A stretch of 64,000 nucleotides of DNA from the sequence record PQ066597.1; one strand, 5' to 3'. The translations under genes were made by a program, and so were the position numbers. The notes beneath the pieces are model-generated. The model saw nothing but the letters and a program-made list of their open reading frames with translations. It searched no databases and was not told the DNA's origin. Below, one piece after another: positions 47,092 through 57,019 of this stretch (positions within the stretch are counted from its first letter, which is position 1; every line of letters starts with the position of its first letter).

Positions 47092-47343
47092 ATGGGTAAG
47101 ACATTTCGTCGTAAAAATGAAAAACATCTGGACAGTTGGTATGGTGATGAACTTAAAGTGAATCGGGATCTGGGAGATAAATATCCTAGTTATCCAGAAT
47201 CGGGTGTCAAAGATCGTTATAATACATTGAGTCGTCAGCGAGATCGTAAATTGAAACATGATATCATGCACGGTAATCACGATGTTTTTGTTGATGATGA
47301 TTACGAAATGAAAAAGGCTAACGCCGGTTATCAATATAGTTAA
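47092..47343 (+). CDS. basic hypothetical protein
   Basis: MGKTFRRK start; SD AAGGA. Confidence 0.75.
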   Translation: MGKTFRRKNEKHLDSWYGDELKVNRDLGDKYPSYPESGVKDRYNTLSRQRDRKLKHDIMHGNHDVFVDDDYEMKKANAGYQYS

Positions 47344-47354
47344 GATTTTAAAGT

Positions 47355-47593
47355 GTACGCGCCCCAAGAGTGGCGCAGCGGCGTCAAACAATACGAGTCA
47401 AGGGTAAAGGTGATACCCTGTATTGTCACTAGACGAAAAGAGACCATATTGCCTCGATTATGGTCCCCGTTTTAAAGAGGGTGGTGTGACCTACCACTAT
47501 CACAAGGTTGTTGTCTGACACCAAAGACAACGTTCGGCAACGGGGACTTTATCTTGCTTTGACTGGCTTGATATAGTCCCCGTTTTTCTTTTT
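47355..47593 (+). ncRNA. structured leader/ncRNA ending in a terminator with an alternative pairing
   Basis: Serial hairpins; AACGGGGACT can pair with 47462-47471 or 47575-47584. Confidence 0.5.
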
Positions 47594-47611
47594 ATTAACG
47601 GAGAATTTGAT

Positions 47612-47797
47612 ATGTTGACTGGAATTTTTATTGTGTATTTGATTGGTGTTCTGGTATTCATTACCGCATTTGGGATTACCGATCATCAAGACCGAGAAGA
47701 GGATAGGACCCCTACTTTTAAAGAAGTTATGGATTATCTTTCTGTATCAGCAATTTGGCCCGTTTTGATTGCTATGTCGATTATTCGTAGTCTTTAA
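47612..47797 (+). CDS. small two-TM membrane protein
   Basis: SD GGAG; hydrophobic N- and C-terminal segments. Confidence 0.75.
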   Translation: MLTGIFIVYLIGVLVFITAFGITDHQDREEDRTPTFKEVMDYLSVSAIWPVLIAMSIIRSL

Positions 47798-47836
47798 TCC
47801 CTAAATATGTTCATATCAACTATAGGAGAGTTTTAA

Positions 47837-48046
47837 ATGGCTAAGAATATTCATGAGAAAAGTCATGCCCGTGAGGGTCGTGGTGGTGCCAATGGTGGTA
47901 ATGAAAAATGGTATAACTCCAAACTGTGGGAAAACGTAGAAGCCAAACAGGTTAGTCTGGATGCAAAGCCGGATGAACTGTTGAAAGAGAAAGAAGGTGA
48001 AGACCTTCGAGCAAAACAGCGTCGTATGTTCGCGATGGCTTATTAA
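47837..48046 (+). CDS. hypothetical late protein
   Basis: CTAAATA 47801, SD AGGAG. Confidence 0.75.
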   Translation: MAKNIHEKSHAREGRGGANGGNEKWYNSKLWENVEAKQVSLDAKPDELLKEKEGEDLRAKQRRMFAMAY

Positions 48047-48074
48047 AATAAACTAATAAGAAGGTAAAACAGAT

Positions 48075-48629
48075 ATGATGATATCGCCAAACAGTTTCTT
48101 TAGAGACGAATATGTTAGTATGGTAAACAAAAAATTAAAATTATTTAAAAGTTCCGAATATCTAGACAGGAGTCGATTGATGATATCTCCTGATGCATTC
48201 CAACAAGAGTTGGGGACTATATGCTTGGATATGGGAAGACAAACAGGAAAAACATCTGCTGCTATTATGTTGTTAGAAGAACATAAAGACGCTTTGTATG
48301 TTGTTCACAACCATCCTACTATCAGATCTATATTGTCGGTGGCACCACATTTAAAAGACCAAGTGTTGTCAATTAGCGACTTTGTTAATAGGTTTTATTC
48401 TCGTGGTACATACAATCATGTTATTCATGGAAGTAGGATTGAAAAATATAGTATGATCATTATTGATGAACCTTATTTCACATGTACCAATGGTCAGAGA
48501 CAATTCACTAATCGTAGTAGTTGTTCATATCACTTGGATGGTGGTAAACAAATAAATACCACATACGGTCTAATTAGTTATGCCGCATTCAGGATGGAAT
48601 CATTAATCGTTAAATTAGGAATGCAATGA
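48075..48629 (+). CDS. P-loop NTPase-like protein
   Basis: GRQTGKT Walker A-like, MIIIDEP Walker B-like. Confidence 0.65.
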   Translation: MMISPNSFFRDEYVSMVNKKLKLFKSSEYLDRSRLMISPDAFQQELGTICLDMGRQTGKTSAAIMLLEEHKDALYVVHNHPTIRSILSVAPHLKDQVLSISDFVNRFYSRGTYNHVIHGSRIEKYSMIIIDEPYFTCTNGQRQFTNRSSCSYHLDGGKQINTTYGLISYAAFRMESLIVKLGMQ

Positions 48630-49027
48630 AAATAGCTTATAAATATGATATGAAACGAATCTCAGATAGAGTATCTAGATTTGTGACTCTTGGATTAAAG
48701 ACGGTTGCAAAGATCCACTATCTCCATCTTACAACCAACAATTATGCGCTCCATATGGCACTTGATGAGTTCTATAAGGAATTCCCAGATGACTACCTAG
48801 ATTCGGTTGCAGAGAGCGCCTTGGCTAACGACATCGAGTTGGTATACAACCACTTCGAAGTTGCGTCAGACGACGCTCTGGGTGTGTTACAGGGGCTTTA
48901 CGACAACGGCTCTGAGTTGGCTGAGTTACTTGATGGAAAACCAGAGTTCAAAGGAACCCTAAACGCACTTGAGGATTCGTTGGAATTCATCAAGTTGGTG
49001 ATCTACAAGGTAAAACGTTTCAAATAA
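48626..49027 (+). CDS. ferritin/Dps-like protein
   Basis: H..HL.T.NYALH.ALDEFY...D...AE pattern. Confidence 0.7.
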   Translation: MKIAYKYDMKRISDRVSRFVTLGLKTVAKIHYLHLTTNNYALHMALDEFYKEFPDDYLDSVAESALANDIELVYNHFEVASDDALGVLQGLYDNGSELAELLDGKPEFKGTLNALEDSLEFIKLVIYKVKRFK

Positions 49028-49043
49028 AAACATCCCCTGTCTA

Positions 49044-49072
49044 TTGACGGGGGATTTTCGTTTGTGTATAGT
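49044..49072 (+). promoter_or_regulatory. sigma70 early promoter overlapping an inverted repeat
   Basis: TTGACG-17-TATAGT with TGTG extension. Confidence 0.75.
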
Positions 49073-49106
49073 GAAGAAACTATAAGAATAAAAAGGAATA
49101 AAAAGA

Positions 49107-49357
49107 TGTACGATGTAAAACGTGTTATTGAAATCTGCGAAGAAGCTTACGAAAAGGTAGAGGTTGTTGATATGGGTAACTATACCAAGATCAAAACTTT
49201 CTATACTAAAGCTTGCTTTATTGATGAACCATGTGAAATGGTATGTGAATATATTGTTGGTGTTATGGAATCCGGTATTGTTGTTACTAGATTCAAAGAC
49301 AAACGGATGATGGTATTCAAGACGATTGAAGAGTTTTCTTATTGGGTAGATGCCTAA
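49107..49357 (+). CDS. hypothetical protein
   Basis: ATG after AAGGA; the track start lies inside the promoter. Confidence 0.7.
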
Positions 49358-49390
49358 ATACCAAGGTAATCAACCTATAGGAAAATTAAA

Positions 49391-50242
49391 ATGAAAATGA
49401 AATTTAGTGAATTCGTTCAATTGGAAGAAAAATTGATGGTATTCGGAAAGAAGGCATATCCTAAGTTTAACAACGTCTTGATCTTGGCTGGTGGGGCCGG
49501 TTCAGGAAAGGGATTTGTTACTTCTAAACTAGTTGGTCTGGAAGGTATTACCCTAGACGTAGACCGTGTAAAAGAGCTTGCTATGGCTTCCACAAAGCTC
49601 GCTGGACGCATTAAAGCAGAAACCGGGCACGATATATCCAAGTTTGACTTGAAGAAGCCAGAAAACGTTTCTACTCTGCATAGCCTTCTATCTGATGTAT
49701 ACAAGACAACCAAGAACATGGATAAACGTGTTTTTAATGGTGTATTGGCTGCACCAGAGGATCGTAAACCTAATTTGATCTTTGACGTTACCCTTAAAGA
49801 TATGGGTAAGATGGCTCAAATTGCAAAACAGGTTCGTGAACTAGGTTATAACAAGGAAAACGTTCATATCGTGTGGGTGATGAATGATATCAACGTTGCT
49901 ATGAAACAAAACGCCGAACGTTCCCGTACTGTACCGGTTGAAATTCTTGTTGCAACCCATGAGGGTGCAAGTATGACCTTCAAAAACCTAATGGCTATGG
50001 GTGAAGGTGCCCGGAGTTATGCCGATGGTGATTGGTATATTGCATTCAATAAAATTGGTGTTGACTCTTCTATTGCTAAATCTGGTAAAGGTGGTTCTTA
50101 TGTTAAAGAAGCAAACTACATAAGAGTTAAACAACAGGGTAAAGCTCCGATGAAAGCAACTGAACTTGATAAACAGATTGTGAATAAGATTTCTGATTAT
50201 ATTCCAAACCCAGAAACATGGGCTATGGTAATGAAGAAATAA
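49391..50242 (+). CDS. P-loop kinase/ATPase (zeta-toxin/AAA_33-like), late
   Basis: ILAGGAGSGKGF, LDVD, LIFDVT; CTAAATA 49354. Confidence 0.75.
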   Translation: MKMKFSEFVQLEEKLMVFGKKAYPKFNNVLILAGGAGSGKGFVTSKLVGLEGITLDVDRVKELAMASTKLAGRIKAETGHDISKFDLKKPENVSTLHSLLSDVYKTTKNMDKRVFNGVLAAPEDRKPNLIFDVTLKDMGKMAQIAKQVRELGYNKENVHIVWVMNDINVAMKQNAERSRTVPVEILVATHEGASMTFKNLMAMGEGARSYADGDWYIAFNKIGVDSSIAKSGKGGSYVKEANYIRVKQQGKAPMKATELDKQIVNKISDYIPNPETWAMVMKK

Positions 50243-50295
50243 AGGTACTAAATAAAAGGGGCATAATGCCCCTTTATCGTTTTGAGGTATTATAA

Positions 50296-51063
50296 ATGAA
50301 ATTTTATTCTAAAGGTTCGTCTGTCACCTTGAGTTCAGAAATTACCACAGAAGGTGCAACCTATGTGTGGAAAAAGGGATCTACCGTCATTTCCGGTAAA
50401 ACAGAAAAAGACCTTATTCTTAGTTCTTTCGGTGCTTCTGATGTTGCCACTTATACAGTAACTGCAACGGTAGATACTACCGACACAGACACTGTTTTTG
50501 AAATCGGTATGGCTGAATTGGACCTTACACCACAACCACTACAGACCATTACCCTTGAGGAAGGTGATAGTTTTTCGTCTACTATGACAGCAGTCGTTAA
50601 ATTTACCCCGGATACTGCTGGTGATAACAAGTCTGATTTTACGATCAAATATCAATGGAAGAAAGGACCCATTAACGTATCCGGTGCAACTTCTGCGGTA
50701 TTAACAAAAAGCAACGTCGTTGTTGCGGACTCTGGTAATTATCTGGTCGAAACGACTCTTATGGATAAAACTACTTCTGGGCAAATGATTTCGACTAGAA
50801 TGGTTGACCTAACCGTTATTACGAAGGTTCTTGAGTCTTTATGGAAAGTTATCCCTCTTGAGTATAGAGGAACTAGCTTTACTTGGATTGGGTACTGGGT
50901 TATTGACGAAATAAAGAAAAATCCATCTTGGTTTACAGACTATAGCTCTCTGAAATATAAAGACGAAATAGAAACTATAGTTAAAGCGTTTGATGAATAT
51001 GGGGAAGTTGAACTTCAAGAATCCAGAAATGGTCGGATTCTAAAGGTAAGTGACTTAAAATAA
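50296..51063 (+). CDS. hoc: highly immunogenic outer capsid protein Hoc
   Basis: Two Ig-like domains plus C-terminal PL.YR..SFTWIGYWVIDEI...QESRNG, matching the T4 Hoc capsid-binding domain. Confidence 0.9.
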   Translation: MKFYSKGSSVTLSSEITTEGATYVWKKGSTVISGKTEKDLILSSFGASDVATYTVTATVDTTDTDTVFEIGMAELDLTPQPLQTITLEEGDSFSSTMTAVVKFTPDTAGDNKSDFTIKYQWKKGPINVSGATSAVLTKSNVVVADSGNYLVETTLMDKTTSGQMISTRMVDLTVITKVLESLWKVIPLEYRGTSFTWIGYWVIDEIKKNPSWFTDYSSLKYKDEIETIVKAFDEYGEVELQESRNGRILKVSDLK

Positions 51064-51086
51064 AAAGAGCCTTCGGGCTCTTTTTT
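51062..51086 (+). terminator. C(UUCG)G terminator
   Basis: AAAAAGAGCC-TTCG-GGCTCTTTTTT. Confidence 0.85.
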
Positions 51087-51128
51087 CATTTCCTAATCTC
51101 TAAATATGTTATATTAAGGAGAATTGAA

Positions 51129-51545
51129 ATGAAATATGAAAACAGTAAAGGTATAGATAGACAAAATATGCCTCAAATTGCAGCCGAGAACGTCCCCGGA
51201 TTTTTGGATTGGTGTACAACAAACGGGGTTGGGTTTATTAAGGAAAGGGTTAAAGTAAAGACTTTACTTCCGACTCAATCAGAGTATAATGAAGAAAAAG
51301 TGGAAAAGATGAGAAGTGCACCATATAGTGTGTTATCAAAACCTATTGTTGTTTCTGATGATAACTACATTCTAGACGGACACCATCGGTATAGTGCATT
51401 GTTAGCCAATGATGGTGATAACCTGATTGAAATATATCGGGTTCGTTGTGATATTGTGGATCTATTGATTGCGGCTCATAAGTTTCCATTAACATTTTAT
51501 AAAGGGCTCAAAGAGAGTCGTAAAAAGTTTTCTGATTTTATCTGA
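51129..51545 (+). CDS. ParB/sulfiredoxin-like domain protein, late
   Basis: LLPTQ, KPIVVS..NYILDGHHRY; CTAAATA 51100. Confidence 0.75.
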   Translation: MKYENSKGIDRQNMPQIAAENVPGFLDWCTTNGVGFIKERVKVKTLLPTQSEYNEEKVEKMRSAPYSVLSKPIVVSDDNYILDGHHRYSALLANDGDNLIEIYRVRCDIVDLLIAAHKFPLTFYKGLKESRKKFSDFI

Positions 51546-51553
51546 GGTATGAT

Positions 51554-52129
51554 ATGTCTAGTTTGCATTTCCATCATTCCGCAATGAATGCGGGAAAGAG
51601 TTCTCATTTATTGCAAGTTGCTTATAATTATGAAGAACGAGGAATGGGAGTTTTAGTTTTAAAACCTTGCATTGATACTCGTGATGGGGAAATGGTTTCT
51701 TCACGATTGGGGGTTTCTCGTCCATCAATTATGTTTTCTGATAAGGAGAATTTAACTGATCTTTATTTGAGTTATAAGATCGGAAAGAAAATAGATTGTA
51801 TTCTTATCGATGAAGCCCAATTTATGACGGTCGAACAAGTAAAGCAACTGGCTTTTATTGTTGATAACTACGATGTTCCTGTTATGTGTTATGGTCTTAT
51901 GTCTGACTCCAATGGAGAGATGTTTGATGCAAGTCGTCAACTTGTGGTTATGGCTGAACAAATTGTGGAACATAAAACAATTTGTTGGTGTGGTTCTAAA
52001 GCAACAATGAACCTTCGTGTTGATGAGAACGGTAAAAAAGTTATTGGTGATCAGGTTTGTATTGGTGGAAACGATAGATATATTTCTGTTTGTCGTAAAC
52101 ACTGGGTTGCTGGTATGAGTGGAAAATAA
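51554..52129 (+). CDS. tk: thymidine kinase
   Basis: SAMNAGKS, ILIDEAQF, VMCYGL, TICWCG, YISVCRKH. Confidence 0.97.
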   Translation: MSSLHFHHSAMNAGKSSHLLQVAYNYEERGMGVLVLKPCIDTRDGEMVSSRLGVSRPSIMFSDKENLTDLYLSYKIGKKIDCILIDEAQFMTVEQVKQLAFIVDNYDVPVMCYGLMSDSNGEMFDASRQLVVMAEQIVEHKTICWCGSKATMNLRVDENGKKVIGDQVCIGGNDRYISVCRKHWVAGMSGK

Positions 52130-52157
52130 AAAGGGATCCCGATATGGGATCCCTTTT
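52129..52157. terminator. bidirectional terminator, GGGATCCC family copy 2
   Basis: AAAAGGGATCCC-GATAT-GGGATCCCTTTT. Confidence 0.85.
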
Positions 52158-52160
52158 GTT

Positions 52161-52661
52161 TTATGCGAATGGATAACCTTTGTAAGTACCAGTCTCAATA
52201 ACGTCTGTAACTCTCTTAGCGCGATTTGGCGTTTGTCTCGCCCAAGCACTAGCAAGCCCATGTTTCTTGGCTTCTGCCCAGTTCTTGGAGCGCATAGCGC
52301 GAAGCATTGATGGGAAACCATTTACACCTTTAGCCCCCATCTGAAAAACCATATTTTCCAATGCGGTTTTTCTGACTTCATCTAATCCAACATATGTAGA
52401 CCATAAATCGACATACCCTTTCATAGAATTTCTAACTACCTCAAGGTCTTTAGCAAAAAGTTGACTTTCTTCTGATTGAGTAATCTTACCGTCGGTAATA
52501 ACCCTCCCAACATGGGAACTTAACTCACGGTTAATTTCCCCCATATCTTTCGTACGAAGTTTCTTTATTAAATGACCAATACCGATAGTCGGATATCCTT
52601 CGGTATCCCAATAAACAGTAAGCTTCGAACCCTCGTCGAATTTAAGCATTTTTTCTAACAT
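52161..52661 (-). CDS. e: T4-type endolysin (GH24)
   Basis: DEG...YWDTEGYPTIGIGH E-D-T triad; ALENMVFQMG; WARQTPNRAKRV. Confidence 0.95.
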   Translation of the reverse strand: MLEKMLKFDEGSKLTVYWDTEGYPTIGIGHLIKKLRTKDMGEINRELSSHVGRVITDGKITQSEESQLFAKDLEVVRNSMKGYVDLWSTYVGLDEVRKTALENMVFQMGAKGVNGFPSMLRAMRSKNWAEAKKHGLASAWARQTPNRAKRVTDVIETGTYKGYPFA

Positions 52662-52683
52662 ATAATATTCTCTCTAAAATTAT

Positions 52684-52701
52684 GGACTCCCGAAGGAGTC
52701 C
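52684..52701 (-). terminator. C(UUCG)G hairpin after the fibre gene
   Basis: GGACTCC-CGAA-GGAGTCC with a U-tract on the minus strand. Confidence 0.7.
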
Positions 52702-52707
52702 AAATTA

Positions 52708-55700
52708 TTAAGTTATCCGCTGTGCCAATGTTACGTTCCAAGAACCCCAACCGTCGCCGTTTTGGGAATTTGCTCTAGAAACACCCATCAGACGCCATGT
52801 ACCATAGTTACAAGCAACCATATTAGTACCTTCCGCGTTCGAGAATGCAATCTGAGTACCTTGGAGAACAGTCCCCGGACCTTGTGGACCAAGGTTGGAT
52901 TTGACTGTGACCATCGCATATGAACCAATATCCATATTGCCGCCGCCATTGACGACTGATCTCAGTATTACACCATCTGGAATTGGGTTACTTGGTGAAT
53001 AAACTCGTTGACCTACGTCGTGAACACCACCATTAGCGTTAACAGAACCTGCTATTCCGGTATTACCATTGTTATCAATAGACATTCTGAGTTTAGTTTC
53101 ACCACCGGCACCATTACTTGATGTAAATCGAAGTTGACCGTCTGTGTTCATGTAAATCATTGTTGCCCAAAATCCGGGACGATGAAATTCTAGTCTGTTA
53201 TTATTATTGCTAATGATAGAGGCATAACCACTATTAACACCTACAGATCCACCAACCTCAATGTTTCCATTAACACTTAGGGAACCAGACATTGTTCCGC
53301 TGGTTGTGTTGAAACCAGTACTCATAGTAACCACACCGTTCGAACCTATCATAAATGGTTGGAGATTCCATACACCATCTTGATAACGATGGATACCAAG
53401 GTTACCATTAGATAGATCCATACCCATCCCCCAAGACAAACCTTGTTTGTTTTCGAACGGGGTGAATATCAGACCAGCATTATTGATAACCCGGAAAGAT
53501 GGTGCAGCAATTCTGTCTTGGTTAGCAATAATCTCGCCATCATTAAACGTCATTACACGTATGTTTGCAGTGTCTCCAGATCTTCTTACATATATGTATG
53601 GGTTTATACCAGAAGATTCTTGTGCTCCAAGCCCAAATACCCTAGTACCATCTGCACCACTTACAAACATTGCAGTTCTTGCACTCAATTGGTTTTGTAA
53701 TTCTGTTACTGTTGTGCTAACTTGTATTATCTGGTTTTCACCTGAGTTACCATGTTTTAGTTTAAATGTGTTTCCTTCTGCTAATATATGAAATCTAGCA
53801 TTAGAACCATCTTGAAAACTAATCGATGCACCATTATTAATCATAACAGCATTCTTTATGGTTGCAGTAGTTACCGTTCCAGTTAGAGTACCACCAGACA
53901 GATTTAATTTAGTATTAAGTAAATTATCTGTTTCAGTTTTTGTGTATGCATTAAAATCACCAGCAGTAGGTTTATTACCAGTGTGATATATGGTGTAATC
54001 GTTACTTCCAATCCTTACCATTGGGTTATTTTTGCTTTCAAGATATACAGTACCAGTCTTAGCAGCCAGATATATATTGTTGCTCGCGGCGTTGATATAT
54101 TCATCTGTTGCATCCCAACGAATTGCACCAGTCATGATACCACCAGACAGATTAAGCTTTTTGTTAAGCTCTGTGTTTATCTGTGCAGTTGTTAATGTAC
54201 CAACATCAGCGGCGGACGGTTTGTTCCCAACATGATAGATATCATAATCTGTGTTATTAACTCTAACCTTTGGATTAATAGTACCAGAAGCTAATGTTAA
54301 ACCAGATGGAGAACGTTCTATATAGTAATCAGACCCACTACCAAGAGTCAATCTAGTTGTGTTACCAGAGTTAAATCTAACGTCGCCGGTTACAGTACCA
54401 CCAGTTAAAGACAAAGCTCCAACGTCTGCGGAAGTAGGTTTAAACTCTTCGTTATAATCACGATACCATGGTTTCCATGCACCCGTATTATATTGAGCAC
54501 GAGACCAAACCTCGGATGAGTTATATACCCAATATTTTTGAATTACACCAGCAGAAGTAGTAACAATCAAGTTTCCGGCTTTTTCAACTGGATAGTTCAA
54601 ACTAGTTAATGCTTTAGCGTTAGCAACTTGGCTATATATACCAGCGGTTTTAATATCGTTGAGGTTATCTGTATCTCTCAGTGTGATAATAGAACTAAAA
54701 CCACCAAGAGCAACACCATCAACATAAGCCTTGTTTGTTAAATGCATTGCTAATGTTGGTGCTTGGTTATTTGAAATAGTACCATTTGGATTAAAGACAG
54801 TTTCCCCAGTTACCGTTCCCGAACCATTTGGACGAACCACAACACCAGATGAACCACCCCCAATAATTGTTCTATTATCTAAGTAGATTCCTTGGCTTGC
54901 ATTACCGGAATATTGAAGTGCATAACCAGATGTAGTTGCAATAAACTTCTCTGCATTTACATTACCATTTTCGATTTGTACTTTCTTACCAGCATGGGTG
55001 AATTCAGCACCAACATCTCTACTTATTCTTAGTGTACTAGTATCAGCAGTCGAACCATCAGACCCTCTGCGATACCTAGAAGCTAAGAACAAAGTACCTT
55101 CATATTCACCGGAGGTGGATGTGTTGGTGGCTTGACCTATAATTCTAGATAATTGGTCGCCAGTATGAGGATCATATCTATTTGTAGAACCAGCTCTAAA
55201 GCTAATTTCTCCAATAGTATATGGAATACCAACAGCAACTCCATCGCGATATTTTTCCTTGGTATAAGATACGTAAGGATAAACACTATCGTCATTAGTA
55301 GAGTTGTTGTGTCTCAGAATACCAGTTCTGTATGTGTTTACCTGTTCCCACACACCAGATGGTAACCATGGTTGCCAACCTTCAACTGCGTTGATCCATA
55401 CCCTTGTAAACTCTCTTGGTTCTACGAATCCACCAACAGTCACCCAATTACTGAATTTCTGAATTGTTAGGTTGTCAATAGAACGTTGTTTAACTTCTAC
55501 AATACCAGTATGAGCGGTTGCGGTTGTGGTATTATCTGTTCCATTAGACCAGTTGCCATCAACGGTAAACACCCCATTAGTCTTAATTAGATTAAAGTCA
55601 CGAACACCACCAGTTACAGTGATTGCGTTGGGGCTATCACCAACACCAAGACCCATACCACCCACCGGCTGTTTGTTCAGAGAGGTATACATTTCAGCCC

Positions 55701-56658
55701 ATGGCTGCCAAACACCGATATATTGTCTGCGCACCCATACACGGTTTTCAGTATAAGAAAAGAATATTTGTGCGTTTGCCCCATTACCCCAACGAGTAAC
55801 AAGGAGGGTTGAACCACTAGGTCCTATACCACCAGCAACGGGAGTATTTTTTGTGTTGGCGAAAACACCATAGTTACCGGGAATAATTGCTTTATCGCAA
55901 TCATCTTCTGGTGGACGATCATATACCGCCATTGCCTTTACTTCTTCCGCACTAGGCAAATTACCTTTATGGAAAATATCATAGTTTGTATTTCCATAAG
56001 ACACTTGAGGATTAACCCCGGCAGCCATATTAAATCTTACTTGAGTTAGTGGTGTACCATACCAACCACTAAAAGCAATTCGTTGATCCGTAACGTCTCT
56101 ATCTACTTTACCACCTTGGAAATAAAGTAAGGAACCAGATGCAACTAGACGTTGTGCATATGTATTGGTAGCAGAATCATAAACTTCAACTTGACCGTTG
56201 GACTTAATTCTATTTGCTTCAACCTGACCATTAACCATTAGGTTTCCAGTCATGGTATCACCATCTCTATTAACAGCTCGAACAGGCAAACCGTCAAGTT
56301 TTGTTTTGTCTTCTTTACTCATTGCCCCATGGGCGGATTGCGTTGCGTTATTAATTGAAACTCGCGGACTTACACCAGTAGTAACGACGATTGGGAGAGT
56401 CCCGGTTACAGATTTCACCGATGTACTATCTAGGTTATCAACATAACCTTTAATGGCAACTTCATTAGAATTGACAGGAGTTTTATATGTCAATGTTCCG
56501 GTAAAGGTTTTATCCCCACCAATAGATTGATTACTAACACTATCAATAACCTCATTACCATTATAAAACAGCTTAACGTCTTGCGGGGAAAATGGTAGGT
56601 TAGTCTGTGTCCAAACTAATCCACCCCCAGCGGTAGACGAACTCTTAAGGTCTGCCAT
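52708..56658 (-). CDS. long tail fibre protein with gp36-like N-terminus (1316 aa)
   Basis: MADLKSSSTAGGGLVWTQTNLP resembles T4 gp36; knob-like repeats; YH.GNKP...DVG repeats; CTAAATA 56697. Confidence 0.85.
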   Translation of the reverse strand: MADLKSSSTAGGGLVWTQTNLPFSPQDVKLFYNGNEVIDSVSNQSIGGDKTFTGTLTYKTPVNSNEVAIKGYVDNLDSTSVKSVTGTLPIVVTTGVSPRVSINNATQSAHGAMSKEDKTKLDGLPVRAVNRDGDTMTGNLMVNGQVEANRIKSNGQVEVYDSATNTYAQRLVASGSLLYFQGGKVDRDVTDQRIAFSGWYGTPLTQVRFNMAAGVNPQVSYGNTNYDIFHKGNLPSAEEVKAMAVYDRPPEDDCDKAIIPGNYGVFANTKNTPVAGGIGPSGSTLLVTRWGNGANAQIFFSYTENRVWVRRQYIGVWQPWAEMYTSLNKQPVGGMGLGVGDSPNAITVTGGVRDFNLIKTNGVFTVDGNWSNGTDNTTTATAHTGIVEVKQRSIDNLTIQKFSNWVTVGGFVEPREFTRVWINAVEGWQPWLPSGVWEQVNTYRTGILRHNNSTNDDSVYPYVSYTKEKYRDGVAVGIPYTIGEISFRAGSTNRYDPHTGDQLSRIIGQATNTSTSGEYEGTLFLASRYRRGSDGSTADTSTLRISRDVGAEFTHAGKKVQIENGNVNAEKFIATTSGYALQYSGNASQGIYLDNRTIIGGGSSGVVVRPNGSGTVTGETVFNPNGTISNNQAPTLAMHLTNKAYVDGVALGGFSSIITLRDTDNLNDIKTAGIYSQVANAKALTSLNYPVEKAGNLIVTTSAGVIQKYWVYNSSEVWSRAQYNTGAWKPWYRDYNEEFKPTSADVGALSLTGGTVTGDVRFNSGNTTRLTLGSGSDYYIERSPSGLTLASGTINPKVRVNNTDYDIYHVGNKPSAADVGTLTTAQINTELNKKLNLSGGIMTGAIRWDATDEYINAASNNIYLAAKTGTVYLESKNNPMVRIGSNDYTIYHTGNKPTAGDFNAYTKTETDNLLNTKLNLSGGTLTGTVTTATIKNAVMINNGASISFQDGSNARFHILAEGNTFKLKHGNSGENQIIQVSTTVTELQNQLSARTAMFVSGADGTRVFGLGAQESSGINPYIYVRRSGDTANIRVMTFNDGEIIANQDRIAAPSFRVINNAGLIFTPFENKQGLSWGMGMDLSNGNLGIHRYQDGVWNLQPFMIGSNGVVTMSTGFNTTSGTMSGSLSVNGNIEVGGSVGVNSGYASIISNNNNRLEFHRPGFWATMIYMNTDGQLRFTSSNGAGGETKLRMSIDNNGNTGIAGSVNANGGVHDVGQRVYSPSNPIPDGVILRSVVNGGGNMDIGSYAMVTVKSNLGPQGPGTVLQGTQIAFSNAEGTNMVACNYGTWRLMGVSRANSQNGDGWGSWNVTLAQRIT

Positions 56659-56719
56659 TTTTAAATTCCTCTATTTTGAAATTGTTTCTACTCTTTTATT
56701 TAGGTAACAAAAAAGTCCC

Positions 56720-57019
56720 TTATTTGGGGACTTTTTGACATTGTGGTTCTTTCAGATCCTTTCTATAAGAACATAACATTCTATTTTGTGAATCTATATA
56801 AACACCTATTTTTTCAAGCCAAGCCCTATACCTTAAACTGTCCTCATATGTCATCCCGACATAAGTTGTTTCACCTTCCTTAATAACAGTCCATTTAGGA
56901 ATATAAGTTTTTACAGGGATTGGTCTATTTGGATGAAACACTAATACCGGGTCTGGTCTCGGTGGTGTTGAACATGCAGCAAGAACCACTATACACATCA
57001 TAATTAGAATTTTTTTCAT
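56720..57019 (-). CDS. outer-membrane spanin (Rz1-like, pseT.2-like)
   Basis: Signal peptide with lipobox LAAC; Pro-rich; overlaps the i-spanin end. Confidence 0.85.
   Translation of the reverse strand: MKKILIMMCIVVLAACSTPPRPDPVLVFHPNRPIPVKTYIPKWTVIKEGETTYVGMTYEDSLRYRAWLEKIGVYIDSQNRMLCSYRKDLKEPQCQKVPK

Noticed and set aside
47570-47579. GATATAGTCC resembling the group I intron S element
   Set aside because: No R element at a workable distance and no interrupted gene; the strand is explained by the terminator pairing
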